Source: Oscillospiraceae bacterium
GTDB taxonomy: Bacteria > Bacillota > Clostridia > Oscillospirales > CAG-272
Length of the DNA stretch: 64,000 bases
NCBI GenBank assembly: GCA_015063695.1
Contig: SVTQ01000008.1
Location: 5,116 to 69,115, forward strand
Reading direction: 5' to 3'
Shown in pieces: positions 17,179-25,408 of this stretch (positions within the stretch are counted from its first letter, which is position 1; each line of letters opens with the position of its first letter). The notes under the pieces are model-generated. The model ran no database searches. It had not been told where the DNA came from and saw only the letters and a list, made by a program, of their open reading frames with translations. Position numbers and translations under genes: made by a program.

Positions 17179-19041
17179 TTGAACAACATAGAACGCGGCG
17201 GAATAAGCGTTGAAGCCGCCCACATTTTCCCCATAATCAAAAAATGGCTCTATTCCGACAAGGAGATATTCCTTCGCGAAATAGTTTCCAACTCCTGCGA
17301 TGCAGTTACGAAGCTCCGCCGTCTTATCTCTCTCGGCGAAGTTAAAGATATAGAAGACAAAGATTTCAAGGTAACGGTAACACTCGACAAAGAAGCAGGC
17401 ACTATCACCGTCTGCGATAACGGTATCGGCATGACCGTGGACGAGCTGAAGAGATATATCTGTCAGATAGCACTCTCGGGAGCCCTTGAATTCATCGAAA
17501 AATACGAGGGCGAAAACGGTGATGCGGCAGGTATCATCGGCCACTTCGGCCTCGGCTTCTACTCATCATTTATGGTCAGCTCCACCGTTGAAGTTATAAC
17601 AAAGTCCTACACGGGCGCACCTGCCGTTAAATGGGTCTGCGCCGATGCAGGAGAATACGAGATAGAAGAAAACTGCGACACCGACGAGCTCTTTGACGAC
17701 AAGGGCACCGCGGTTATCATGCACGTAAGCGACGAGGGCAAGGAGTTCCTTGAAGCTTCTGCCCTTCGCGACATTCTCGATAAATACTGCGCCTTCATGC
17801 CCGTAGAAATCTACTTTGACGACGGCGAGGAGAAAAGCTGCGACTGCGAAGAAGAAAACTGCGAGCACAAACCCACGCCTATAAACGACACCTGCCCTCT
17901 GTGGCTGAAAAACCCCTCGGACTGCGAAGCCGAGGACTACAAGAAGTTCTACACCAAGGTGTTCCATGACTTCCGCGAGCCCCTCTTCCACATTCACATC
18001 AAAGCGGACTACCCCCTCAACTTCAAGGGTATCCTCTACTTCCCCAAAATAACAAACGAGTTTGAAAGCCTTGAGGGTCAGGTAAAGCTCTACTACAATC
18101 AGGTCTTCGTTTCCGATAACATAAAAGAAGTCATTCCCGAATATCTTTTAATGTTACGCGGTGTCCTTGACTGTCCCGAGCTTCCCCTCAACGTTTCAAG
18201 AAGCTACCTTCAGAACAGCGGCTACGTCACAAAGATATCCGCTCACATCGTAAAGAAGGTTGCCGACAAGCTGAATTCCATGTTCAACCTTGACCGTGAG
18301 GGCTTTGAAAAGATATGGAACGACGTCAAGACCTTCGTTGAATACGGATGTATGCGCGACAGAAAGTTCTATGACAGAGTTAAAAATTCCATAGTTTACC
18401 GTCTCTGCGACGGAAGCTATGCTACCCTTGCGGAGTATCTTGAGAGCGCCAAGGACAAGCACGAAAACAAGATCTACTACACCTCCGACAAAACAAAGCA
18501 GGCATCCTACATCTCCATGCTCGAGGCACAGGGTATCAAGGTTGCAGTTCTTGACAAGTTCATTGACACACAGTTTATAAACACCGTTGAAATGAACGAG
18601 GCAGGCGTTAAGTTCTGCCGAGTTGACTCCGAGCTTGCCGATGCGGTAAAGGGCGGCGATGCCTCTGAGATCGAAGCCGTTTCCGAGGTATTCAAAAAGA
18701 TAATTCCCGAAGAGACAAAGATAACCTTTGAGAGCTTCAAGGACGAGGGCGTTCCTGCAATTCTGAACATCAGCGAGCAGTCACGCAGAATGGAAGACAT
18801 GATGAAGATGTACTCCGCCATGGGCGAGGAAGCCCCCATGAGCTTCCCCACCGAGGCAACGCTTATTATCAACAGTAACAATGCCCTTATAAAGAAGCTT
18901 GAAGGAAGCACCGACGAGGCGATGAAGGAAATAATTGCAAAGCATATCTATAACCTCTGCCTTATCAGTCAGCGCGGACTTTCCGCAGAGGAGCTGAAGT
19001 CTTTCCTCTCCGACAGCTTCGAAATACTCTCCATGCTCTGA
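17179..19041 (+). CDS. htpG: Molecular chaperone HtpG (Hsp90)
   Basis: LYSDKEIFLREIVSNSCDA, DNGIGM, IGHFGLGFYS, LPLNVSR; TTG start. Confidence 0.96.
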   Translation: MNNIERGGISVEAAHIFPIIKKWLYSDKEIFLREIVSNSCDAVTKLRRLISLGEVKDIEDKDFKVTVTLDKEAGTITVCDNGIGMTVDELKRYICQIALSGALEFIEKYEGENGDAAGIIGHFGLGFYSSFMVSSTVEVITKSYTGAPAVKWVCADAGEYEIEENCDTDELFDDKGTAVIMHVSDEGKEFLEASALRDILDKYCAFMPVEIYFDDGEEKSCDCEEENCEHKPTPINDTCPLWLKNPSDCEAEDYKKFYTKVFHDFREPLFHIHIKADYPLNFKGILYFPKITNEFESLEGQVKLYYNQVFVSDNIKEVIPEYLLMLRGVLDCPELPLNVSRSYLQNSGYVTKISAHIVKKVADKLNSMFNLDREGFEKIWNDVKTFVEYGCMRDRKFYDRVKNSIVYRLCDGSYATLAEYLESAKDKHENKIYYTSDKTKQASYISMLEAQGIKVAVLDKFIDTQFINTVEMNEAGVKFCRVDSELADAVKGGDASEIEAVSEVFKKIIPEETKITFESFKDEGVPAILNISEQSRRMEDMMKMYSAMGEEAPMSFPTEATLIINSNNALIKKLEGSTDEAMKEIIAKHIYNLCLISQRGLSAEELKSFLSDSFEILSML

Positions 19042-19042
19042 T

Positions 19043-19792
19043 ATGGCGCAGGATATTTTACTTCTTAAAGAACAGCTTGGAGAAGACTTTTTACCCATCC
19101 TGTTTGAGAATATCGGCTCCACAAACGTAAAGCTGCTTGAAGACGTGAGGAGCGGAAAAGCAGACGTTGGCACCGTGTATATCGCAGAAAGACAGAGTGC
19201 AGGGCGCGGCAGGCTCGGCAGAAGCTTTATTTCCCCAAAAGGCGGAATATATATGAGTTTTTGCACGGGTGACGTGGAATACGGTCTCTCCACCGTTATC
19301 TGCGCCGTAGCTGTTGCCGATACCTTTAAAGACTTCGGTTTTTCACCCGAGGTAAAATGGGTCAACGATATACTTATAGGCGGCAAAAAGGTATGCGGAA
19401 TTCTCGCCCAAAGCCTTGGCGACGGCAAAAGAGCGGTCATAGGAGTTGGGCTGAACCTCAGAACAGAGGATATCCCCGAAGAGCTTTCGGAAATCGCCAT
19501 AGGGCTCGACGTTTTCGGTGACGTTCCCCGTCCCGAAATCATTGAAGCCGGTATTCTGAAAAGCTATAAAGCGCTTTCGGTCTCCATGCCCGACGGTCGG
19601 GAAAATATCATAGAAAAATACAAAAGCTACATGACCCTTTTAGGCGAGAAAATAACCGTCCTTCAGACGGGGGAAACTCTCACCGCAAAGGACATTGACA
19701 AGGACGGCGCGCTTATGGCGGTGTCCGAAAACGGAAAAACCGTCCGCCTCGCATCAGGCGAAATATCAATAAGAAAAATTACTACCAAATAA
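19043..19792 (+). CDS. birA: Biotin-protein ligase lacking the N-terminal HTH
   Basis: GSTN, QSAGRGRLGR, KWVND, KVCGIL, IGVGLN. Confidence 0.9.
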   Translation: MAQDILLLKEQLGEDFLPILFENIGSTNVKLLEDVRSGKADVGTVYIAERQSAGRGRLGRSFISPKGGIYMSFCTGDVEYGLSTVICAVAVADTFKDFGFSPEVKWVNDILIGGKKVCGILAQSLGDGKRAVIGVGLNLRTEDIPEELSEIAIGLDVFGDVPRPEIIEAGILKSYKALSVSMPDGRENIIEKYKSYMTLLGEKITVLQTGETLTAKDIDKDGALMAVSENGKTVRLASGEISIRKITTK

Positions 19793-19803
19793 AGGGAGGC
19801 AAT

Positions 19804-21522
19804 ATGGAAAACTACAGAATTCAGTATGAAAAATGGCTGGCAAGCGACAAGGTTGCAGAGGACGTAAAGGCAGAGCTCCGTGCTCTTTCCGACGAGGACG
19901 TCAAGGTCCGCTTCTCCGAGTACATGAGCTTCGGCACAGCAGGTCTTCGCGCAGAAATGGGCGCAGGCACCGCATTCATGAACACCTACACCGTTGCCCA
20001 CGCAACAATGGGCCTTGCGGCACTTATCTGCAAGCTGGGCGAAGAAGCAAAGGCAAGAGGTGTCGTTATCGCATACGACAGCCGTAACAATTCCGCCGAG
20101 TTATCTCAGAGATGTGCAGAGGTCCTCTCAGCCGAAGGAATCAAGGTATACCTCTTTGAGTCCCTCAGACCCACCCCCGTTCTCTCCTTTGCAATAAGAG
20201 AGCTTGGATGTGTTGCGGGTATCAATATTACCGCATCCCATAACCCCAAAAAGTACAACGGCTACAAGGCGTACTTCGAAGACGGCGCACAGCTTTCTCC
20301 CGACAATGCAAAGACGGTTTCCGATGCCATAGCTGAGATAGATATCTTTGACGGCATTCCCACCCCCGATATGGCAAAGCCCGAGCTTATCATCTCCGTC
20401 GGCGCTGACCTTGACGAAAAATACCTTGCAAAGGTTCTTGCAGAGGCAGTCAATCCCGATGCTATCCCTGCAGTTGCAGACGAGCTTAAAATAGTTTACA
20501 CTCCCCTTCACGGCGCAGGAACGGTCCTCGTTCCCGAAATGCTCCGCCGCGCAGGTCTCAAGATGCTCTATCCCGTTGAAAGTCAGATGGAGCCCGACGG
20601 CGACTTCCCCACAGTAGTATTCCCCAATCCCGAATTCCCCGCCGCCTTTGAAGAAGGCATCAAGGTTGCAGAAAAGGAAAACAGTGACCTTATCGTTGCA
20701 ACGGACCCCGATGCTGACAGAGTAGGCGTTATGGCAAGAGATAAGAGCGGCGCTTTCAAGTGCATCACGGGCAACCAGATGGGCGCGCTCATTCTCGACT
20801 ACGTTATCACCGCCTTCAAGGAAAGCGGCAAGATGCCCGATATGCCCTACGCGGTAAAGACTATCGTTACCTCCGAAATGGCGGCTGAGATCTGCCGTTC
20901 AAACGGTGTGAAGATGTACAACGTTCTCACGGGATTTAAGTTCATCGGTGAAGTAATAAAGAACCACGAGGAAGCAGGAGAGGGCACCTTCCTTCTCGGC
21001 TTTGAAGAGAGCTACGGCTACCTTAAGGGCACCTACGCACGCGATAAGGACGCAGTTGTTGCTTCCCTTCTTATCTGCGAAATGGCGGCATTCTATAAGG
21101 CGAAGGGCATGACCCTTTCCGATGCCCTTGATGCACTCTTCGAAAGATACGGCTACTTCCGCGAAAGCGTTACAAACATCACAATGGATACTCCCGACGG
21201 CAAGGAAAGAATGGCGGCTATGATGGCTTCTCTCAGAGAGAACCCCATCACAAAGCTGGGCGAAAAGACTATCGTTGAATTCCGCGACTATAAGAGCGGA
21301 AAGGTCATCGACCTGAAGAGCGGTGCCGAAAGCGAAACGGGACTTCCCTCCTCCGACGTTCTCTATTACGTAACAGAAACGGGCGACGTCGTAGTTGTAC
21401 GCCCCTCCGGCACAGAACCTAAGGTCAAGATCTACGTTCTCACAAGAGGCGAAACAGACGAAGGCGCTATCGCAAGCGCCGACGGCTGCCTTGAAGAGAT
21501 CAAAAAGATCATGCTCGCATAA
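19804..21522 (+). CDS. pgm: Phosphoglucomutase/phosphomannomutase
   Basis: FGTAGLR, ITASHNP, DPDADR, GFEESYG, RPSGTEPK. Confidence 0.9.
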   Translation: MENYRIQYEKWLASDKVAEDVKAELRALSDEDVKVRFSEYMSFGTAGLRAEMGAGTAFMNTYTVAHATMGLAALICKLGEEAKARGVVIAYDSRNNSAELSQRCAEVLSAEGIKVYLFESLRPTPVLSFAIRELGCVAGINITASHNPKKYNGYKAYFEDGAQLSPDNAKTVSDAIAEIDIFDGIPTPDMAKPELIISVGADLDEKYLAKVLAEAVNPDAIPAVADELKIVYTPLHGAGTVLVPEMLRRAGLKMLYPVESQMEPDGDFPTVVFPNPEFPAAFEEGIKVAEKENSDLIVATDPDADRVGVMARDKSGAFKCITGNQMGALILDYVITAFKESGKMPDMPYAVKTIVTSEMAAEICRSNGVKMYNVLTGFKFIGEVIKNHEEAGEGTFLLGFEESYGYLKGTYARDKDAVVASLLICEMAAFYKAKGMTLSDALDALFERYGYFRESVTNITMDTPDGKERMAAMMASLRENPITKLGEKTIVEFRDYKSGKVIDLKSGAESETGLPSSDVLYYVTETGDVVVVRPSGTEPKVKIYVLTRGETDEGAIASADGCLEEIKKIMLA

Positions 21523-21565
21523 CGAAGCGCGGCAATATATCGCGTTTGCAAAGCAAACATATCGC

Positions 21566-21594
21566 AAAAGCTCCCAAACAAAGGGAGCTTTTTT
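21566..21594 (+). terminator. Intrinsic terminator after pgm
   Basis: AAAAGCTCCC...GGGAGCTTTTTT. Confidence 0.7.
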
Positions 21595-21736
21595 GATTTA
21601 TTCCTCCGGCTACGGCAGTAGTTGCAAATTTTGCAACTACTGAATATCTCGCTGTTTCAGTTATTATCTACAGTCAGTTGCAAAAAACAAAAATATATGC
21701 TACAATAAACCAGAATAAAAAAGGAGTGACAGAAAA

Positions 21737-22141
21737 ATGGCAAAAAATAACACTGAAGCATATAAGTGGTCCGACAGAAAAAGAATAATCTTCGGTCTCC
21801 CTTGGTCCTTCACAAGATATATGCTCACAGAGGAAAAGCTCATAATCGACACGGGCTTCTTTAACCGTACAGAAGACGAGATACGTCTCTACAGAATTCT
21901 CGATATAACCCTTAAGAGAAGCTTCGGAGAAAGACTTTTCGGCCTCGGCACCATCCACTGCTGCAGCGGCGACAAGACACAGGGAGAGTTTGACATCAAA
22001 AGAATTAAAAACCCCCGCGAAGTAAAGGAAATGCTCTCCGACATGATAGAGAGAGAACGTATGGAACGCCGCGTTGGAGCAAGAGAATTTATCGACACAG
22101 ACGACGGCGAGGACTTCGAGGGTGAGAACTGTGAACTTTAA
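21737..22141 (+). CDS. Bacterial PH-domain protein
   Basis: WSDRKRIIFGLPWSFTRY...EIRLYRILDITLKRSFGERLFGLGTI pattern; AAGGAG RBS. Confidence 0.75.
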   Translation: MAKNNTEAYKWSDRKRIIFGLPWSFTRYMLTEEKLIIDTGFFNRTEDEIRLYRILDITLKRSFGERLFGLGTIHCCSGDKTQGEFDIKRIKNPREVKEMLSDMIERERMERRVGAREFIDTDDGEDFEGENCEL

Positions 22142-22219
22142 ATTTAACACTAATATATAAAACTCGGCAGAAAAAATATTTTTCTACCGATTTGTGATAT
22201 TGTATAGCAGGTAATAAAG

Positions 22220-22738
22220 GTGGATGAAGAAATCAAACTTCCCAAACGAAAGCGAAACCGAATAAAAGATTATGACTACAGTTCATGCGGCACATATTTT
22301 ATAACGATATGTACGAAAGATCGAAAAAACATATTTTGGAATAAAAATCATCCGTATTACGTAGGGGAGGATATCATCCTCCCGTTTGATAAAACGGTAT
22401 TATCACCTTACGGTAAAATTGCAGATGGTGCAATCAATGCAATTCCCGAGCATTATCCGCATATTGAATTATTACAATACATTATTATGCCTAATCACGT
22501 TCATATGATATTGTATATTCCGTGTAAGGACGGGAGGATGATATCCTCCCCTACGAGCATTCCGACGGCCGTTGGGCAAATGAAACGTTATGTTTCAAAA
22601 AAGATCGGCTTTGCAATTTGGCAAAGATCATTTCATGATCATGTGATACGAAATAAAAAAGATTATGAAAAGATTTCGAAATACATCCATGAAAACCCGC
22701 TCATATGGCGATACGATTGTTTTTACTGCGAAGAATAA
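22220..22738 (+). CDS. REP-associated tyrosine (HUH/Y1) transposase (RAYT)
   Basis: RKRNRIKDYDYS..YFITICT, MPNHVH (HUH), WQRSFHDHVIR, YIHENP catalytic Tyr. Confidence 0.88.
   Translation: MDEEIKLPKRKRNRIKDYDYSSCGTYFITICTKDRKNIFWNKNHPYYVGEDIILPFDKTVLSPYGKIADGAINAIPEHYPHIELLQYIIMPNHVHMILYIPCKDGRMISSPTSIPTAVGQMKRYVSKKIGFAIWQRSFHDHVIRNKKDYEKISKYIHENPLIWRYDCFYCEE
22361..22554. repeat. Inverted pair of GTAG REPs inside the RAYT coding sequence (22361-22384 and 22531-22554)
   Basis: GTAGGGGAGGATATCATCCTCCCG and its exact reverse complement, translated as VGEDIILP and GRMISSPT. Confidence 0.85.
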
Positions 22739-22820
22739 AACTATTTGAAGGTCGTGTCGGTTCGAGCGTTGTAAGTGCAGTTTAGCACAACGGACTTAAA
22801 AACAGTCCACCGGACTGTTT

Positions 22821-23052
22821 CAGAGTGTAGACAAAGTCTACACTCTGGGGCAGACTGAGAGAAACGCAGGTAGATTTGGCGATTTTTTCCTCGTCGGCGT
22901 AGTTATCTACGGTAGAGGGAAAAACTCGCCAAAAGCAGATGTGGCGGGCTTTTGCCCGCCTTTTCCATATCAAATAATTTCATCAAGAAATATTTACTTC
23001 CAACAAAGTTTTCTGCTCACATCTGCGTTATACCAAGTTTGTCTTCAGTCTG
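22821..23052 (-). mobile_element. MITE copy 2 with 21-bp target duplication
   Basis: AAACAGTCCACCGGACTGTTT at 22800-22820 and 23053-23073. Confidence 0.85.
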
Positions 23053-23301
23053 AAACAGTCCACCGGACTGTTTTTGCCACGCCTACGGCATGTGGCCGTC
23101 CTTTCGATTCCCCGTCAAATACGGGTCAAAGCAAAAAGAAAAGCACCTCGCTTGAGGTGCCTTCTTTTTGGTGACCCGTGGGGGTTCACTGTGGATTGAA
23201 GGTCGTGCCGAAATTCATTTCGGCGTTCACGGTCGTGTCGGTTCGAGCGTTGTAAGTGCAGTTTAGCACAACGGACTTAAAAACAGTCCACCGGACTGTT
23301 T

Positions 23302-23533
23302 CAGAGTGTAGACAAAGTCTACACTCTGAGGCAGACTGAGAGAAACGCAGGTAGATTTGGCGATTTTTTCATCGTCGGCGTAGTTATCTACGGTAGAGGA
23401 AAAAACTCGCCAAAAGCAGATGTGGCGGGCTTTTGCCCGCCTTTTCCATATCAAATAATTTCATCAAGAAATATTTACTTCCAACAAAGTTTTCTGCTCA
23501 CATCTGCGTTATACCAAGTTTGTCTTCAGTCTG
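23302..23533 (-). mobile_element. MITE copy 3 with 21-bp target duplication
   Basis: Same hairpin at 23281-23301 and 23534-23554. Confidence 0.85.
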
Positions 23534-23696
23534 AAACAGTCCACCGGACTGTTTTTGCCACGCCTACGGCATGTGGCCGTCCTTTCGATTCCCCGTCAAA
23601 TACGGGTCAAAGCAAAAAGAAAAGCACCTCGCTTGAGGTGCTTTTCTTTTTGGTGACCCGTGGGGGGTCACTGTGGCTTGAAGGTCGTGCCGAAGT

Positions 23697-24215
23697 TTAA
23701 TTTAGTAATTCAAAGTCTTCTTTCTTTATACGAAAGCTCATTTGTGTAGTTTTTTCTCCGGTAAAACAGTTTGTTTCTGTTTCATCACCGTCGGGATGAC
23801 GCACAAATCCTGTCTTGAGCAATACTTTCATACTATATTTATTATCGCAATAACAGCCTGCGGATATCTCATTATATTCGTAATGATTAAATATATATGA
23901 TAATGCCAATCTAAAAGACACGGTTCCGTAACCCATGTTTCTATATTTCGGATATATCCAGATAGCTAAGTCAGGACAAACCTCGTCTAAACCTAATCTG
24001 AGGACACCAACGTTTTCATTGCTATATTTATCTACTACAACGACCCAAAACTTAAAACGGTTTATATCATAATCTGAAAACTGCTCAAACGTATCAGTAA
24101 AAATACCGTTATATCCTTTTTGTGTATCAATGTCTTTCCAGCACATGTACATATCATGATCGTCGCCGTGTGTATACGGTCTCAATCCGATTCTTTCATT
24201 TTCAATGATGAACAC
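23697..24215 (-). CDS. GNAT-family (RimJ/RimL-like) N-acetyltransferase, low GC
   Basis: IENERIGLRP start, IWIYPKYRNMGYGT acetyl-CoA motif, DNKYSMKVLLKTGF. Confidence 0.82.
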   Translation of the reverse strand: MFIIENERIGLRPYTHGDDHDMYMCWKDIDTQKGYNGIFTDTFEQFSDYDINRFKFWVVVVDKYSNENVGVLRLGLDEVCPDLAIWIYPKYRNMGYGTVSFRLALSYIFNHYEYNEISAGCYCDNKYSMKVLLKTGFVRHPDGDETETNCFTGEKTTQMSFRIKKEDFELLN

Positions 24216-24239
24216 ATTTATTCTCCTTGTGCACGAAGT

Positions 24240-24608
24240 TTATTTTTTGTTTTTTGCTACATTGCTTTTTGCTGTGTTTATAGAAGTAATAAGTAAGCGT
24301 TTGATTTCAATACAATCACCTAATAGGGAGTTGTATAGATTTTGTTCGATATAGTCTGATAAATAGAGTAATTTTATCCAATATTCAGTTTCAGCAGTTT
24401 CTTTTAATGCAATATGAAGTTTAGATATAAAGTCAGCATGACTTTGACCATAACTCGCTTCATTAATGTTTGCCCCTATACTCGTTCCGCTGCGAATTAT
24501 TTGCTTGGATATCGTCAGCCCTTTTTTATTCTTGATCAAATAATCATGAAGTTTAATTATTCTTGCCGCAAAAGCAATTGACTTATCAATCAATATGTTT
24601 TCTTTCAT
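24240..24608 (-). CDS. Four-helix-bundle protein (second intact paralogue)
   Basis: KQIIRSGTSIGANINEA..S..DFISKLHIALKETAETEYW; start set to ATG 24608. Confidence 0.92.
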   Translation of the reverse strand: MKENILIDKSIAFAARIIKLHDYLIKNKKGLTISKQIIRSGTSIGANINEASYGQSHADFISKLHIALKETAETEYWIKLLYLSDYIEQNLYNSLLGDCIEIKRLLITSINTAKSNVAKNKK

Positions 24609-24630
24609 TATAATCACTTCCTTTGGTAAA

Positions 24631-24659
24631 ATTATAGCAAAATTAGAATTCTGTGTCAA
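24631..24659 (-). promoter_or_regulatory. Consensus sigma-A promoter for the four-helix-bundle and GNAT genes
   Basis: TTGACA-17bp-TATAAT on the minus strand. Confidence 0.8.
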
Positions 24660-24733
24660 ATCTAATTTGGAGAATTCATTACTTTCTATCACATCCGGTA
24701 CTTGGATTAAGATGCTTGACTATCGGTTATGCT

Positions 24734-24877
24734 ATTATTCATTAGCCGCAGGCGACTTCGTTATTCATTTTTCTTTATTCATTTGAAAATCCGTTCTATA
24801 TGAAAAATGAATAATGAATAGTGAATAATGAATAATACAAACAAAAAACCGTCCTCTTTCGAGAACGGATTTTCGTT
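24734..24877 (-). repeat. Heptamer-repeat region downstream of tRNA-Glu
   Basis: TATGAAA AATGAAT AATGAAT AGTGAAT AATGAAT at 24799-24833; inverted array at 24734-24784; GAAAATCCGTTCT/AGAACGGATTTTC pair at 24785-24797 and 24862-24874. Confidence 0.8.
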
Positions 24878-24952
24878 TGGTGACCCGTGGGGGAATCGAA
24901 CCCCCGTTACCGCCGTGAAAGGGCGGTGTCTTAGCCGCTTGACCAACGGGCC
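24878..24952 (-). tRNA. tRNA-Glu (anticodon TTC)
   Basis: GGCCCGTTGGTCAAGCGGCTAAGACACCGCCCTTTCACGGCGG...GGTTCGATTCCCCCACGGGTCACCA. Confidence 0.96.
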
Positions 24953-25017
24953 AAAATATTAAACTATGTGAGGTTTCAAAGAAAAAGTCACACACGATTG
25001 TGCGACTTTTTCTTTTG

Positions 25018-25092
25018 TGGTGACCCGTGGGGGAATCGAACCCCCGTTACCGCCGTGAAAGGGCGGTGTCTTAGCCGCTTGACCAACGGGCC
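25018..25092 (-). tRNA. tRNA-Glu (anticodon TTC), identical second copy
   Basis: Identical to 24878-24952. Confidence 0.96.
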
Positions 25093-25125
25093 TTATATGG
25101 CTCGGCAGATACTTCCGCTTCGCCA

Positions 25126-25202
25126 TGGTAGCGGAAGTTGGACTTGAACCCACGACCTATCGGGTATGAACCGATTGCTCTAGCCAACTGAGCTATTCCG
25201 CC
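25126..25202 (-). tRNA. tRNA-Met (anticodon CAT, elongator type)
   Basis: GGCGGAATAGCTCAGTTGGCTAGAGCAATCGGTTCATACCCGAT...TTCCGCTACCA; one mismatch in the T-stem. Confidence 0.9.
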
Positions 25203-25233
25203 ATTTTCGTAGGCCTCAACCTAACGCTTGAAT

Positions 25234-25262
25234 AGTATATCACGGAATATTCTTTTTGTCAA
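25234..25262 (-). promoter_or_regulatory. Sigma-A promoter of the tRNA cluster
   Basis: TTGACA-17bp-TATACT. Confidence 0.8.
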
Positions 25263-25408
25263 CACTTTTTTTAGAAAAATTATGTTTTTTTCTAAAAAAA
25301 TGTATGAGACTTTTTTGTGTAATATTTTACAATAATTCTTTCTCTTTTTTGTGCATATACAATATTAAAATGTTAATGTTAACATTTCGACGTATACAGT
25401 TCATCCTA

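Larger units (their letters stand above)
22750..23694. repeat. Tandem duplication of a ~481-bp non-coding unit carrying tRNA-Glu 3'-end fragments and a MITE
   Basis: 22750-23212 vs 23231-23694 nearly identical; TGGTGACCCGTGGGGG at 23169-23184 and 23651-23666. Confidence 0.9.

Noticed and set aside
22220-22738. Complete IS200/IS605 element
   Set aside because: No tnpB and no subterminal IS-end hairpins; the protein and GTAG repeats fit a RAYT.
22782-23700. Short repeated ORFs in the MITE copies (also 5396, 5594, 43217, 43236, 62701)
   Set aside because: Starts and stops differ between copies and there is no RBS or domain; they are incidental frames.
15766-24608. Diversity-generating retroelement, because four-helix-bundle proteins resemble Avd
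   Set aside because: No reverse transcriptase and no recognisable TR/VR pair; differences in the 304-bp repeat are not adenine-specific.
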